Shown one piece after another: positions 36,321-48,612 of a stretch of DNA of 64,000 bases (positions are counted from its first letter, which is position 1; each line of letters begins with the position of its first letter). A program made the position numbers and the translations under genes. The notes under the pieces were generated by a model that worked only from the letters and a program-made list of their open reading frames with translations, was not told where the DNA came from and searched no databases. Source of the DNA: Pelomyxa schiedti (Eukaryota > Protista > Evosea); the NCBI GenBank assembly GCA_020536535.1, contig JAHLWZ010000602.1:53998-117997 (forward strand). The letters run 5' to 3'.

Positions 36321-38059
36321 ATGGCAGCAACACCTCTACTGGGTTCGTTAGTACTTTTTTTTTTTCGCATGACTGTGTCCATCTCACCACTTTTTTCTCA
36401 CAATTAATACCTTGCTGGTCGTGGCTAACAAATTTTTTTCCCACAAAAAGACGATGATAGGATTTTGAGGAGGATTAGTTCTATACGAGTTGCACTTGAT
36501 TCAGCATCAGCCAAGCCGTTAAAGGTTGTTGCATTTGGGAGCGTATGCACTGACACATTCTGGTATTTTGATAAGGTACCTTTGTTGTCAAATTCCGTTT
36601 TAGTGTCAGTGTATATTTTGTCTTTATTTTCTTTCAAAGTGACTTCACGAGACGAGATATCTTATGTTTTTAAAACAGATTCCAATGGAGACCAAGGGGA
36701 AGGACCAGTTCTTCCGTTTGCAGTTGGGCTCTAAGGTCTGAATCACAAAGTCATTTCCATTGCTGTTAACTTTGCTGGAAAGATTCCTTGCCCTACAATT
36801 GAGGACTCTACTGGAGGCAGTGCTGCCAATATTGCTTCTGGTCTTACAAAGCTTGGTTGCTCCACTACCCTCCTGGCAGCAATTGGTGAAGATAGCGTTG
36901 GAGCAAGTACAAAACCTTCCCCATTCCTCTTTATGGTTCTAACTTTAATCTGTTTCCAGTTGGTGTAAAGGAACTTAAGCACCGAGGAGTAGATGTATCT
37001 GGAATTAGCCGCGTTCCAGGGAGATCTGATATGTCTACCATTGTTAGGATGAAGGGAGTCAATGACCGCACCATCTTCACCTTCAAGGTTGTCTTTACAT
37101 CGCGCATCCTGAAGTAACTATTATAACAGGGGGCTGTTTTAACACCATCAACTGTTAAGGTATAACCTGATAAGCTCATCCTCTTTTCCTTTGGGGTAAT
37201 GTTCTGTGCAGGCGGATCTCATTGTGGGAGCTGATCTATTTATGTGGTGCAGTGTTGCCAATAAGTTGGCAGTTGATGCTATCAAGCGCTGCATTGCTGT
37301 GTGCAAAGCAAACAACATAAAAGTTGCTGCAGCGCCGTCAGAGGCCATGATTCGAACTCACCCTGCTGACATGTTGGAGCTTCTTGGAAGCACACATCTC
37401 TTGTCCCTCAATGACGACGAGATCAAGCTGCTCACAAGTTGGTTTTACCAAGTTCTGTGCTTCCCCTCACGTATCACCAGATACAACCACTGTTCCCTCT
37501 GCCATTGTAAAACTTCTAAGGATGTTCCCACAATTGGAAGTTCTTCAAGTGACTCGAGGAAAGGTAGGCGTACCTGTCTGGGTGTGTATCATTCAAATTT
37601 TCACACAGGATCCTTCGCTCCTTATGTACCGACTTGGACCCGAAACTGTCCGCGTTGTCAAAACCACTCCTCCAGATGTCAAAATTCTGGATAAAACCGG
37701 CGCTGGTGACGCAGCATGTGCAGGTCTTCTCTTTGCCTACTTGAGGCGAGTAGCACCTGAAATGGCCGCCAAGTATTCAGCAACAACTTCAACTTCCAAG
37801 ATCACAGGTTTCACTTCTCCTGTCCCTTTTGTTATTTTCTCTAACAACAACATTTCTTATAAACTACTTCCTTCTATGAACATAACAGCACGAGGAGCCG
37901 CGTAAGTCCCTATTATTTATATTTCCATTTCTTCTAACCATTCCCAGTGCCGGACTTCTCACAGAACCAGGCCTCATGCAAAAAATTGGTGAATATATTT
38001 TCGAGCAGTCTTCTTTCACTTCCTCATTTACCGAGCTTGACCGCATGCCAGACATCTGA
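36321..38059 (+). CDS. PfkB/ribokinase-family carbohydrate kinase
   Basis: GSVCTD, GGSAANIASGLTKLG, AIGEDSVG, LSLNDDE, VTRGKVG and the PfkB signature DKTGAGDAACAG. Confidence 0.9.
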
Positions 38060-38170
38060 AACACCATAAACTACAGCTCTCCCTAAAAAACAGAAGAAAC
38101 ACTTTTCGTTGTCCTTTAGTTTGGAGAAAAGAAAATTTCAACTTCATCTTGCTTTTTTTGGTTGACAATA

Positions 38171-39712
38171 TTACGCGCTAGGCCTCCAAGTTGTAATGTA
38201 TACAACACCTTGTGGTTGATTGACATTTGGGGCAGGTCCGGCTCCAGTAAAGGCACCATGAAGGCCGCGGGCTTCGCACATCAGAGACCAGTGACACAGG
38301 CCGATTCCGGCATCGAGGGATGTCATAAAACTGAGTTGGGAGTGAGTGAGGACAGAAGGAAGAGGATGGGATACTTGGCATCCGTGTAGAAGAAATGGAA
38401 TTCAGTTCCGGTGTACACAATTCTCCAGGCTTGTGTGTTGCGGCTGGAATTGATTTGATGGATGTGTTTGCAATGGGTTTTTTGTTGTGGGAGGGCACTT
38501 ACGAGGAAGGTCCTACTCTCACGGCTTCAAAGCAGGCCTCATATGGTCCAGCTTTCTCACGTGTAAGAGGGGTTGAAAATGTTTGATAGAAGAATAGTGT
38601 ACTCCACTGAAAACGGCTGGTTGCGGATATGCTGGGGAGTATTGATGTTTGTAAGAGTTGCTTATTATTGAGTTGTATATTACCTGCTTAAAGGAAGCTT
38701 TTTCAATTCTTTTTTACCGAAAAAGCCACCAGTGTTGGAAAAGTGATACCCAACAGGTGACACTGCAGGAATAAACTCGGTTGCAGGAAGATTCACCACT
38801 TTTGTCCAACTGTGTGTTTTGTGTGGGTTATCCATAGTAGTCAGATCAAAGCATTAGTCTCTTTTTTGTAAGGAAGGTACTCAACTGGTCTCTGTTGAAT
38901 GTGCCTGCAAGCCATACAGTTCCTAAGTCCATTTGGGCAGCCCTTATCACCAAGTCCTCAAAAACAAATCCCAAGTCAATGAGCCCCCGTGGATCCTTCG
39001 GTGACCCGGGAGCCATCCACTTCAGCAGAAGTCCTTCATCAAATCTCAGTGTTTCCACTGTCTGTAGTCCAGTAGCCACAGAACCAGAAGTTGGACTAGA
39101 AGCAGAACTTGAACTTGTGGTTGAAGTAGAGGTAGAACCAGAGCCAGAAGCTTCAGTTGGAGTTGGAGTTGCAGTTGTTTCAGTTGCACTTGAACCTGAA
39201 GCAGTACTTGTACTTGCAGGGCTGGGACTTGGAATAGCAGCAGTAGAAATGCAAGACCATTCCTTTGGAGCCGTTCCCACAATCCAAACTGAGGAGCCGC
39301 TGCCCTGAGGCCACCAGGACCCCGATTCCACCTTATCCAGTACATGGACCCCCAACTTGCTGCCAAAAACGGGCCCGGGCCTGGCCGACGCCGCAGTTGC
39401 ACGAGCCTGCAGATCTGAGACCTTCTCGGGCTCGATCGGCAACCGCGAGTTGAAACTGCGGACCGACCGCCTGTTCTTTATTGCCGTTTCGACGTCGTCT
39501 AGATGCTTCATGCTCTCGGCCCCATCATCAGATTTGGGTGCCGGCGGGGCTGCACTTTCTGAAGATTCTGAGGCTGTTGTGGTTGCTGCAGCTGATGCTG
39601 TTGCTGTTGATGTTGCAGATGGTGTTGGTGTTGGGGAAGTGGAGGGGTCTGTGGACGAAGTAGTAGTAGGGGCATCGGAATTATGGGACGTGGAGGAAGT
39701 GGAGTCAGACAT
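38171..39712 (-). CDS. Nitroreductase, TM1586-like tandem-domain type, with a Ser/Thr insert
   Basis: AIKNRRSVRSF, DLGFVFEDLVIRAAQMDLGTVWLAGTFNR, IPAVSPVGY, AVRVGPSSRNTQAWR, LDAGIGLCHW. Confidence 0.88.
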
Positions 39713-40008
39713 CGCGGTTTCGGTTTGCTTGTTTTGTTGTTTTGTATTGTCATTTTGTTGACAACAAGATATTATGATAAAATCTGATAATGTTTACCTG
39801 GAGTTCCGAAGCTCGCAATGTTCCAGATGGTTGCAAAGACATCTCACAGGTGGGTACAACCGGATACCTTCGACGCCCTGCAATGCTGATGTTGAAGTTC
39901 CAAAAAAGTTCCCCCAAGCTTGTCCAACTTGCCCCAACTTTTTCCCATCTCCAGCCCCACACAAAGGAACAACTTTTCAAACAAAAAACCCCAACCATCA
40001 AACAACAG

Positions 40009-43000
40009 ATGCAAAACAGCGGTGGTGCCGCTACTCCCACAAGCCCGTCGTCGCAGCAGCCGCCGCGCACCTTCCCGCCCCAGGCCAGCGGGGCGCTGTC
40101 CAGCACGCCCCCCACGTCGCCGCTGACCCCAGCCACCCCCGCTCCCTTCCCCCTCTCCCCCTCCTTCACCTCCCCAGCCACCCCCGCCAGCCCTTTTCTC
40201 TTCCAGTCCCCGCCCCCGGCCCCGTCCTCCTCCCCCTCCCCATCGCCATCGCCGCCCCCTTCTTCGTCTTCGTCTTCGTCTTCGTCCTCGTCCTCGTCCG
40301 CGGCCTCGGCCTCGCTCTCCGCCTCGCCCACGTCGCCCCACACAGGGCGAGGCGCCGCGAGCAGCAGCCCCACCGGGACGGTGACGGCGTCTGGGACGCC
40401 GCTGGGGGGCCGTCGGCCGCGGACGCCGCCGCTGGGGCCCCTGCACAGCCCCCACAACACCGGGCTGCTGGAGCCTGCCTTCCAGTCGTCCGGCTTCGCG
40501 GCGCACAGCACGCCGTGCTCCGTCCCCCACGTCTCTGTCTCGCCGACTCGCCCTGTGCTCTCCACGCCGAATGCAAATGCAAATTCAAATGCAACTGCGG
40601 TGACGGGGAGCCCAAGGGAATACATTTGCTATGTATGCGGAAAGAAGGACCACCTTTATGGGAAGTGTGAGGGGTTGACTCCCATTGGCGACGTATTGGA
40701 AGAGTTGAGGCAGAATTTATGCTGTAAAACTCTACCTGAGTCGTTTCTCAAGGTATTATTTTTACTTGTCTCCCTTTGCTTTTCCATCCTCTGTATCTTC
40801 CATCCTCATCCTTTTTTTCCACAGAAATTGCGCTCTTTGTGTGAGAATCCTGGCAACATTGACTATTGCCATCAAATTGTGGAGCATCTTCTTCACAACA
40901 AACTACCAAGAGAGAAACTTGCAGCTGAGGTGGATATCATCAACAAAGCACCCAGGGAGAAACTTGCCGCAGAAGTGGATGCCATCAACCAAGTACACAG
41001 GGAGAAACTTGCAGTTGAAGTGGGTGTCTGTCTCCAGCCAACCAGTTCTCAATTTTCAGAATCGTTTCTGACGTACCAAAGGAGAGTGGCACTTAATCAG
41101 TCTTTTTTAATGACGCTTCCCCTGTGGATTCAATTCAATATTGAGGCATGTGGTCTGTCCACACAATTGCAGTCCTTGATAGAGACAAATGACAGCAAAG
41201 CCTTAGAAAGGCTGTTCAGGCCCAGGACGACGAACCTGGACACGGGGCATCTTGGATATTCTGGCATATATGGCTCACTTTCGGCATTACTCTCGGCGAA
41301 GATAACTGAATCAAAGGATAACCCCCCTACCTTGAGTTTGAACCGAGTAAATTGGCGCCATGGAAGCAGGCTAGATCGCAAAATTAAGCCAGAAAGCTGT
41401 TTGCACATTTCCGGAAAAATTTCAGCTGCACTTGGAGAGAAACTAATAATGGCGCCATGTTCTGTGGAGATTCTTGGGCACAAGTATTCATTTCTATGTG
41501 CAAAACAAGGAAAGAAGAGCAATGAGATATCTTTGATTTTCATTTGTGAACAAGATGCACGAATGACTTGTGACGAAGTTGAAATATCAGTTTCATCTTC
41601 TCTTTGTAATTTTTTTTATAGATACGAGAATGGCATATACCCAATGAATTTAATAACACTATGGCGCTTTCAAAGTGGTGCTCCCGTTTTCAGCTGATGC
41701 TATCTTCAACTACACCTTTTGAAATTAAGGACCCAGTGGCCGTACGATTAAGTTCGGCTAAGAAAAACTTACAGTTTATGCAGCACATTTCCATTGGTAA
41801 CGATATCTGCGCAAGGAATGATTCCAAGGCTCTCTTAACTGATGGCATTAGTCCAGGACCTGAATGGTTGTTTAGACAAGTCCAAACTTCGCTCGGATTC
41901 TCTAGGACACCTTTCGTTTTGCAGTTCAGACTGGGATCAGCTAAGGGTTGCCTCTACTTAGATAAAAAGCAGCCCAATATTTGTATGTAATTTTACAGCG
42001 AAAGGTTTATAAAACTTACATTACTTAGGTTTGGTGCCCTCACAAGTGAAATATCACTACTCCAATGACCCAAAAACTTGGGCTTTTCCTTGCTGTGGTC
42101 CTATTGACTTTGAACTGTGATACGAACAAGAACACCAATAATATTGCTGAACTTAATTGTAGATGTAACTATTCTCGTGATAGCGGACCTGGACATCTAA
42201 ACCAAGAAAGTATCATGGCCCTGGAGGCACAGGGCGTCCCATTTGAGGCACTTGTATCATTGCTGCAGGAGGTAAGCTAGTGAACTTGTTTTACTTTCTT
42301 AATTGGTGCAGGAGGAAGATGACATTGCAGGATTACCGTTTTTAGATGCCCACCAACTAATGCGGAAGTACCGCTATTTACGTGACGATCCATTTAATAG
42401 TGATGCATCAAAACTGTATCATATGCTTGATGCGGGTTTTGATATTGATCATCCCATTGTTCGGTTTTTTATTAAAGCACTGCAAGAGGTGATGTAGTCA
42501 AACTGACATTTACATAAACTAACTTGGCCTAGGGTGAAGTCACTTTCCTTAAAGAAAAACACAATATTACCGTTAAAAAATCAAGGCATCTCATGGCAGT
42601 GGCTGATCCCACCCGCACATTACCACCCAACTGCATATACTGCTCCATTACTGGGTACGAAGGCTCGCAAGCCGATTTGCCTATTGGGGAGCTCTCTGGC
42701 CCAGTTCTCATCTCAAGGTTAGTTGCATAAAGAGGATCCACAACGGTTCTTAAAATTGAGAAAAAGGTCTCCCTTAAATGTGCCTCAAGACATGAAGATT
42801 TTTCAAGCCACGTCAAATGAGGAGCTCAAAGCATTAGGTGCCATGGATTGTGTCATATTTTCGACACATGCTGATTGCCATTGCTCGCCCATTTCTGAAC
42901 TTTCTGGTTCTCTCTCTTCCCCTTTTCCTAGCTAAAACCTAAGCAGGAGGGGACTATGATGGTGACGCAGGTCAGTGGCTTTTCCAAAAAAATCGGTCAC

Positions 43001-44430
43001 TGACACAGTAATAGTATTCATATCCTGGGACACGCGTTTGCTTGAACATTTTGCCCCTTGTCCAAACCATCACCCAGCAGGAGATATCCCACTTGAACCC
43101 ACCTTCACGGCAATGATCAAGGAGTTCCAACACTCACAAGCAATGTGTGTCTGGCTTCAAGCAATAGAAAGATCTGATCTTGGGAGGATAGCTTTTTACC
43201 AAGTACATCATCTTGTAGTTCTCTTACTATTAGTTAACACCTGACCAAGTATTGTGTTGCTGATGAAAAAGGCTTTGGACATCCAGATTCTTTGCAGCTG
43301 GGGTTCTGGCGATCTAAGGCGGTTGACGCCCCTAAGCAGGTTCAAATCTGAACTTTGTGAGTGACTGGGATCACCAACGAGAAAAAAAGGGTTATAGAAT
43401 TCCAAAGATCACCATGAAAGATGTCCGTCCCCCAGATTGGTACAACAGAATTCATGATAAAAGTACATCCCAGGCGAGAGTCTCAGATAGTTACAATGGC
43501 AGGGTTGCAAATTACTTGAAGGCCATTGACCCAGAGACCTTCACTTCCCCCAAGTTCCCCGAAATCCCCTTTGGGCAACAGGATCCTGATACAGCATTGG
43601 ATCTATTTGTGCCCGATCCCGCTATTCGTCAGGTTCTAGAGTGTGAAGTCCGTACAATTTTGTCAGAAATAAACCATAAGGTGCTTCTTCATTTTCATAT
43701 TGCTTAAAGTCATGTCATGCAGTTTGCCCGAGCAATTGACGCCAAGGCAGACCCCAAAGTAAAAAGTGATATTTCCACCGAGCTGAACCAAAGAATTTTG
43801 CAATTAATGGACTCTAAGAGCCCAAAAGGGCCTGCCTGCTGGGACCTTGGATGGGACATGGCCGTTGGAGCGGCCCTTCTTACAGTTAATGAGAAAATGT
43901 GCGCACAGAGACAAAAGCTGCAAAAAGCAGTATGGTTGGCTTTTCCTGAACTACTGTGTGCCGTCAAAGCGTACGGTGTGGTCAGGCGGATGCAACAGAG
44001 TTCAGCATATACTGGAAATATACTCCGTGTACCTTTTATGAGAATTCCCCGTCACTTACAGACAAGAAAACTAGCACCAGCAAGGCCTCCCCGCTCTAGC
44101 ACTACAATCACCAGCCCAACAACTACAACTGTAACATCCTCCCCCACCGCGATCACACCAACACCCTCAGTTGATTCCGGTGTGAATTCTACAACAAGTG
44201 CCGAATCAAGCCCAACAACACTCCAAAGAAGTACCCATGAAATACAGACGCAACCACCACAATCTGCACCTGCAGCCCAGAACTCACTTCCAAATACCAT
44301 TCCAACACCAAATGTAGAAAGTGTGACACCAACGCAACAAGCAACCCAAAATGCAAATCCTTCCGCACATGCTTCTGTTGTGACCTTCAGACCTGAGGCC
44401 ACAACTCAGCAACTTCCTCAAAACATGTGA
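40009..44430 (+). CDS. Eukaryotic (RNAi-type) RNA-dependent RNA polymerase with an N-terminal CCHC zinc knuckle
   Basis: KWCSRFQLMLSST, TDG, QFRLGSAKG, LNQESIMALEAQGVP, LMAVADPT, ISRSPLNVPQD, DCVIFS, LSGGDYDGDAVFISWD, AVDAPKQG. Zinc knuckle CYVCGKKDHLYGKC at 40627-40668. Confidence 0.92.
40906..41022 (+). repeat. About 2.6 copies of a 45-nt coding tandem repeat (PREKLAAEVDxINxx)
   Basis: The unit GAGAAACTTGC recurs at 45-nt spacing. Confidence 0.8.
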
Positions 44431-44720
44431 TACTAATGGAAAAGAAAACTTTTTTCTAATTTTGCAACAAATTCCTGTGTCGACACCCTGCCCGTTTCCC
44501 CACCAAGTCATTGGGAAGACTCAACTTAGTTTTAACCCACCAGGAATGAAACTAAGCTTAGTATACTAGTTCCGTGTACGAAATTCGGCACCCAAATACT
44601 GAAAATAGAAAGAAACTTTCTGGCTATGTCAACCGGTGAATAACAAAACACGAGAGGTGCCAGGCAAAACACCCAAACAAAACCACAAAAAATACAATCG
44701 ACTGCCTGTAAGAGTTAGAG

Positions 44721-45493
44721 ATGGAAATCGATTTGTTTGCTGAAGAAGTTCGTGTTTCGAGTTGTAGAAATGAATTAGCTTTTGTGACAGGAACACACCC
44801 TCGTTGTGGCTCTAACAGGTAGAAAACTGTAAAAATTTTTGGTTTTTCATTATTTTTTGTTACTATTATTTCTTTTTTTTCCCTTTTTTCCTTTTACGTG
44901 TCGACTAATTGCAACTACGCAGTCATGTTAAACTGCTCTCTGTGTATATTTTGCAGTGGATTGTGGAGTACACGACTGCCCCTAGCATGAGGGGATGCAT
45001 GCGTGCATGTACTGATTCTTTACTGCTTTCTTTCATATTTTTCTGAACAAACCAAAACAATCAATCAAACAAAAGTACATAGGGGACAGCTTGGATACTT
45101 CCACTGTCAGATAAATAACAGAGGACATGCCGCACTTGTTAGCATAGGCCCGTTGGGCGCTACATGGGAGGACTTTGTTAAATCACTTCCTCCGACTCAG
45201 TGCCTATTGTCTCTGGCAAACATGACATTATCACGGAGTGTTCAGAGAATGTACTATGTATCCTGGACCCCAGATGATGCACCAGTGAGGCAAAAGGTGT
45301 CGTGTGCAGCACTTACCAACGCATTCATTCGCGGACTGGTCTGTGGCGGATACCTACCAAAGCAGGTACAAGCCTCATCAGCCCAACAGTTAGTAGACCT
45401 TTTCCAGTCGGAAACTGTGCTATATGAGGTTCTTTTCCTCCCTACAAGCTTTCCAAATGTTCTGATAAACATCTTCAGAAGAGACGGAGAGAT
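44721..45493 (+). CDS. ADF/cofilin-like domain protein
   Basis: ATWEDFVKSLPPTQC...YYVSWTPDDAPVRQKVSCAA matches the ADF-H pattern. Confidence 0.7.
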
Positions 45494-45986
45494 GAAGGCC
45501 TACTATGAAACAACACACAATATTTTGGCAATTGTAAAAAAAAAAAAGAACAAACCTGTATGGACAATTTTTTTTTTGGTTTGGCATTGACACTGGCATT
45601 TGCATTTACATTTACTGGCTGCCGCTGAGTACTGTGCTACCAGCCAGCTGCACATGGTTCCTATACGTCCGGGTGCACCCCAAGGCCCTTCGGAGATCTG
45701 CGTTCACTTCAAATAACGAACGTGCATCTTCTATTTTGTTTTGTTCATGGGTTCATTTTTCTTTTTTTTTCTTCTTATCGCTAACACGACCCCGTCGCAG
45801 GTAACGCATGTCACATCAATTAAATTAATTGACAACAAAACCCGTTGTTGAACAATTAAACCACAATTCAAAACAAACAACCAGACCAAACAGCACGCCC
45901 ACGCACAGCCACTTAAGATCCATCCTTTTTTTGTTTTTTCCCTTATTCCCAACAACAAACAAAGTCGATCTACAATCACCACTACG

Positions 45987-46789
45987 ATGGCTGTATTGTG
46001 CAGGGATGAAATCTTGAGGGCGCTCGAAGCTGGGTGCGTTCTAACGCTCCTTTCAAATCTTTGAAACATTTAATATTTTCGTAATACACAAAAAAAAAGC
46101 TCCACTCACACCATATCTTGTATATCTCAGGGACATTGCTATCTCGCCTTTTGATCCAGCTAATGTTGGACCCGCAAGGTCTAATTCTTATTTTCTCCCT
46201 TCCATTGCACTTAATTGCTGCAGTATCGATCTCACTCTGGGTACGGAGTTCCGATACTTCAACAGGGCTCCTACAGTGATAAAAGTGCGAGAGGAAACAA
46301 ATTACAAAGATTTCTCAGAGAAGGTCGCACTTAGCACGAACACTACACGTAACTAATTTTTTTTGCTAATAGGTAACCATCCCAGAAGATGGGGTTTTCC
46401 TACTACTGCCAGGACAATCCTGTCTTGCTATTACGAAGGAAAGTATTAAACTTTCTCCTTCTATTTGTGGGTTATTAGGTACATTCTCTGTGCTTTTAAC
46501 CCTTTAGTGACCTTGTAAGAGGGTAGATCACGATTTGCCAGACTAGGACTGTTTGTTCATATTACTGCCTCTTTTATTAATCCCGGAATTGCCAACAGAC
46601 AAGTGTTAGAAATCTACAACTCCTCCAGTGTAAGACCCACACAATCAACACGTGGTAGTAATATCAAACAAATACAATTCACAGCTGGCTATGGAACTGT
46701 ACCCAGGCACCAAAATCTGCCAGTTTGTGTTCCTTCTTATGAAAGGTGCTGCCACTTACTCAGGAATCTTCCGCGAGAATTCACTCTAG
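45987..46789 (+). CDS. dcd: dCTP deaminase
   Basis: The spliced product reads MAVLCRDEIL...IAISPFDPANVGPASIDLTLG...LLPGQSCLAITKESIKL...LLEGRSRFARLGLFVHITASFINPG...QVLEIYN...LYPGTKICQFVF. The exons were missed by the ORF track. Confidence 0.92.
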
Positions 46790-46856
46790 ACTTTCATCCC
46801 TCCAGTCAAGAACATTTGAGAAAAAAAATGCGATTCATTTTATTCATTTATTCTTA

Positions 46857-48190
46857 TCACAACATCACCAATGCGAGGCTCAATATAATCGGCATAACAA
46901 ATAACAACAACAGGAAATTGTGGCGTGATATCCCTTGCCCTTGGATGTCAGCCTGAAGCACAATAGCTCTGTAAGTTTTCATCTTTTGAAAGGTGAAACG
47001 ATTAGTGCATGCATTTTTAGCCTGTTTGTGCTTACCAAGTAGACACCACAAAAGCCACCTAATAAAAAGCAAGAGATCAACATGATAGCAGTTGAACTGG
47101 TCAGCATGCTTATAAGTGTACAAACAACAACTCTTCTCTGTGTCAGTGAGAGCATTTTGTTTTTGTAGACACCTACGGTACAAAGACATAAGAGCAGTAG
47201 GCAAATGAGTCTAGCATGGAAACTGGTAATGAAAGAAAGTAGTTGCACGCCATCATTACAAACACTTCTAGTACTAGTAAAACCAATCCTTTGCTTGCCG
47301 TGAGGCCAATTGCTTCTGGAGTGAATCTTTGCTCATGTTAAGGGAGTTATGGTTGCAGGGAGGACAAGAGTACTTGTTACTTGTACCAAGCTTGAAACAT
47401 ACAAGGAGAACCCAGGATATGAATCCCATCATCGGAATATACAAGTCAGGAGCATTTAAATCGTCTAGAACTAATTAGAAGGCTCAACTTGTACTCTTGA
47501 AGAGAACCTCGGGGTAAATACCAAGATTGAGTTGTATTTGTGCATTGTGCTTGCCTGTGCCAACCACCCTATTATTTGTAAGAATATAACTACGAAGTTG
47601 ACAAATGAATTTATTAATTGCATGTTGTGGAAATGTACCTCATGGAAGAAAGGAAAGAGAATGAGCCGTATTTTTTGCATCACGTAAGAGTTGTTAACTT
47701 GGAAGTATGATTTGAGTAAGTTTGTAATCCATCCCTGTTTAACAGCATAAGCAAAGGCGAGAAGCAGCGTACAGTGAGACTCTCAAATAACAACAACTTT
47801 ACCATGACAGGGGAAAAAAGAAAAGAAAAGAAAAAAAAAGAGGGGACGAGAGAAAGGAGGAGGTACAAAATACGGCCGAATAGTTGACGTGATTGCGGGC
47901 TTCACGAAATTCGAAGCCAAAACGCCACTAGGCAGCGCCCACTGCGCGGCGCCCAAACTCGTAGGCAAACTCCACGCTCCCCCGCCGCCGCCACCTCCTT
48001 CGCCATCAGCGCCGCCTCCGCCGCTGCCACCAAGCCCCCCAAACGAGAATCCAAATCCTCCCATTCCCCCGCCGCCGCCGCCGGGCGTGGTGCCTCTGCC
48101 GTTGCCGTTGGAGTTGGTGCCGCCGTTGACCCCTCCGCCTTCTACAAACGCGGGCAGGCTGAGAAGTGAATCCTCGCCACGGTATGTCAT
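46857..48190 (-). CDS. YIF1: YIF1 ER-Golgi trafficking membrane protein
   Basis: KSYFQVNNSYVMQKIRLILFPF and DDLNAPDLYIPMMGFISWVLL are Yif1 signatures; multiple TM segments. Confidence 0.9.
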
Positions 48191-48612
48191 GCTGGTTTGT
48201 TGAATGTCGAGTGAGTGTGTGTGTGTGTGGGGTGTGCACCCAGACAACCGCACTTTACAATGGTGCTGTGCTTGCTGTTTGTGTTGTTCTCTTTGTCGTA
48301 ATGTATGACCCGCCGGCCCCAAGTGTGACTCAGATCTTTGATTTTTTCCTGTTCTTTGAGATCTGCATCTATCTCTGAAAAGTGGCTCTCACCTCAGAGG
48401 CCAGCCACGACCCTTTCCTGCAGTTGCAATTGGTTTTCCAGATACCTTTGGATGAAGTATCTGCAGAGAGACTCCAAGTCCTACCAATTTGTTTCCTTCA
48501 ATTCACCTGAACGGTGAGACTCACAACGCTGAAAACCGACGAAAAAACCAGTAGCATAGGCGGTTTTTCTCTTTCTTCTTTTATACTCAACAACACAAAA
48601 CAAACGTTGGTA

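Noticed and set aside
39750-40670. Antisense and alternative-frame ORFs over the RdRP 5' region
   Set aside because: These are GC-rich low-complexity shadows of the Ser/Pro-rich exon.
42711-42770. Apparent frameshift in the RdRP (SR...LHKED looked like the LHPGD motif)
   Set aside because: An intron at about 42718-42766 restores ISRSPLNVPQD in frame.
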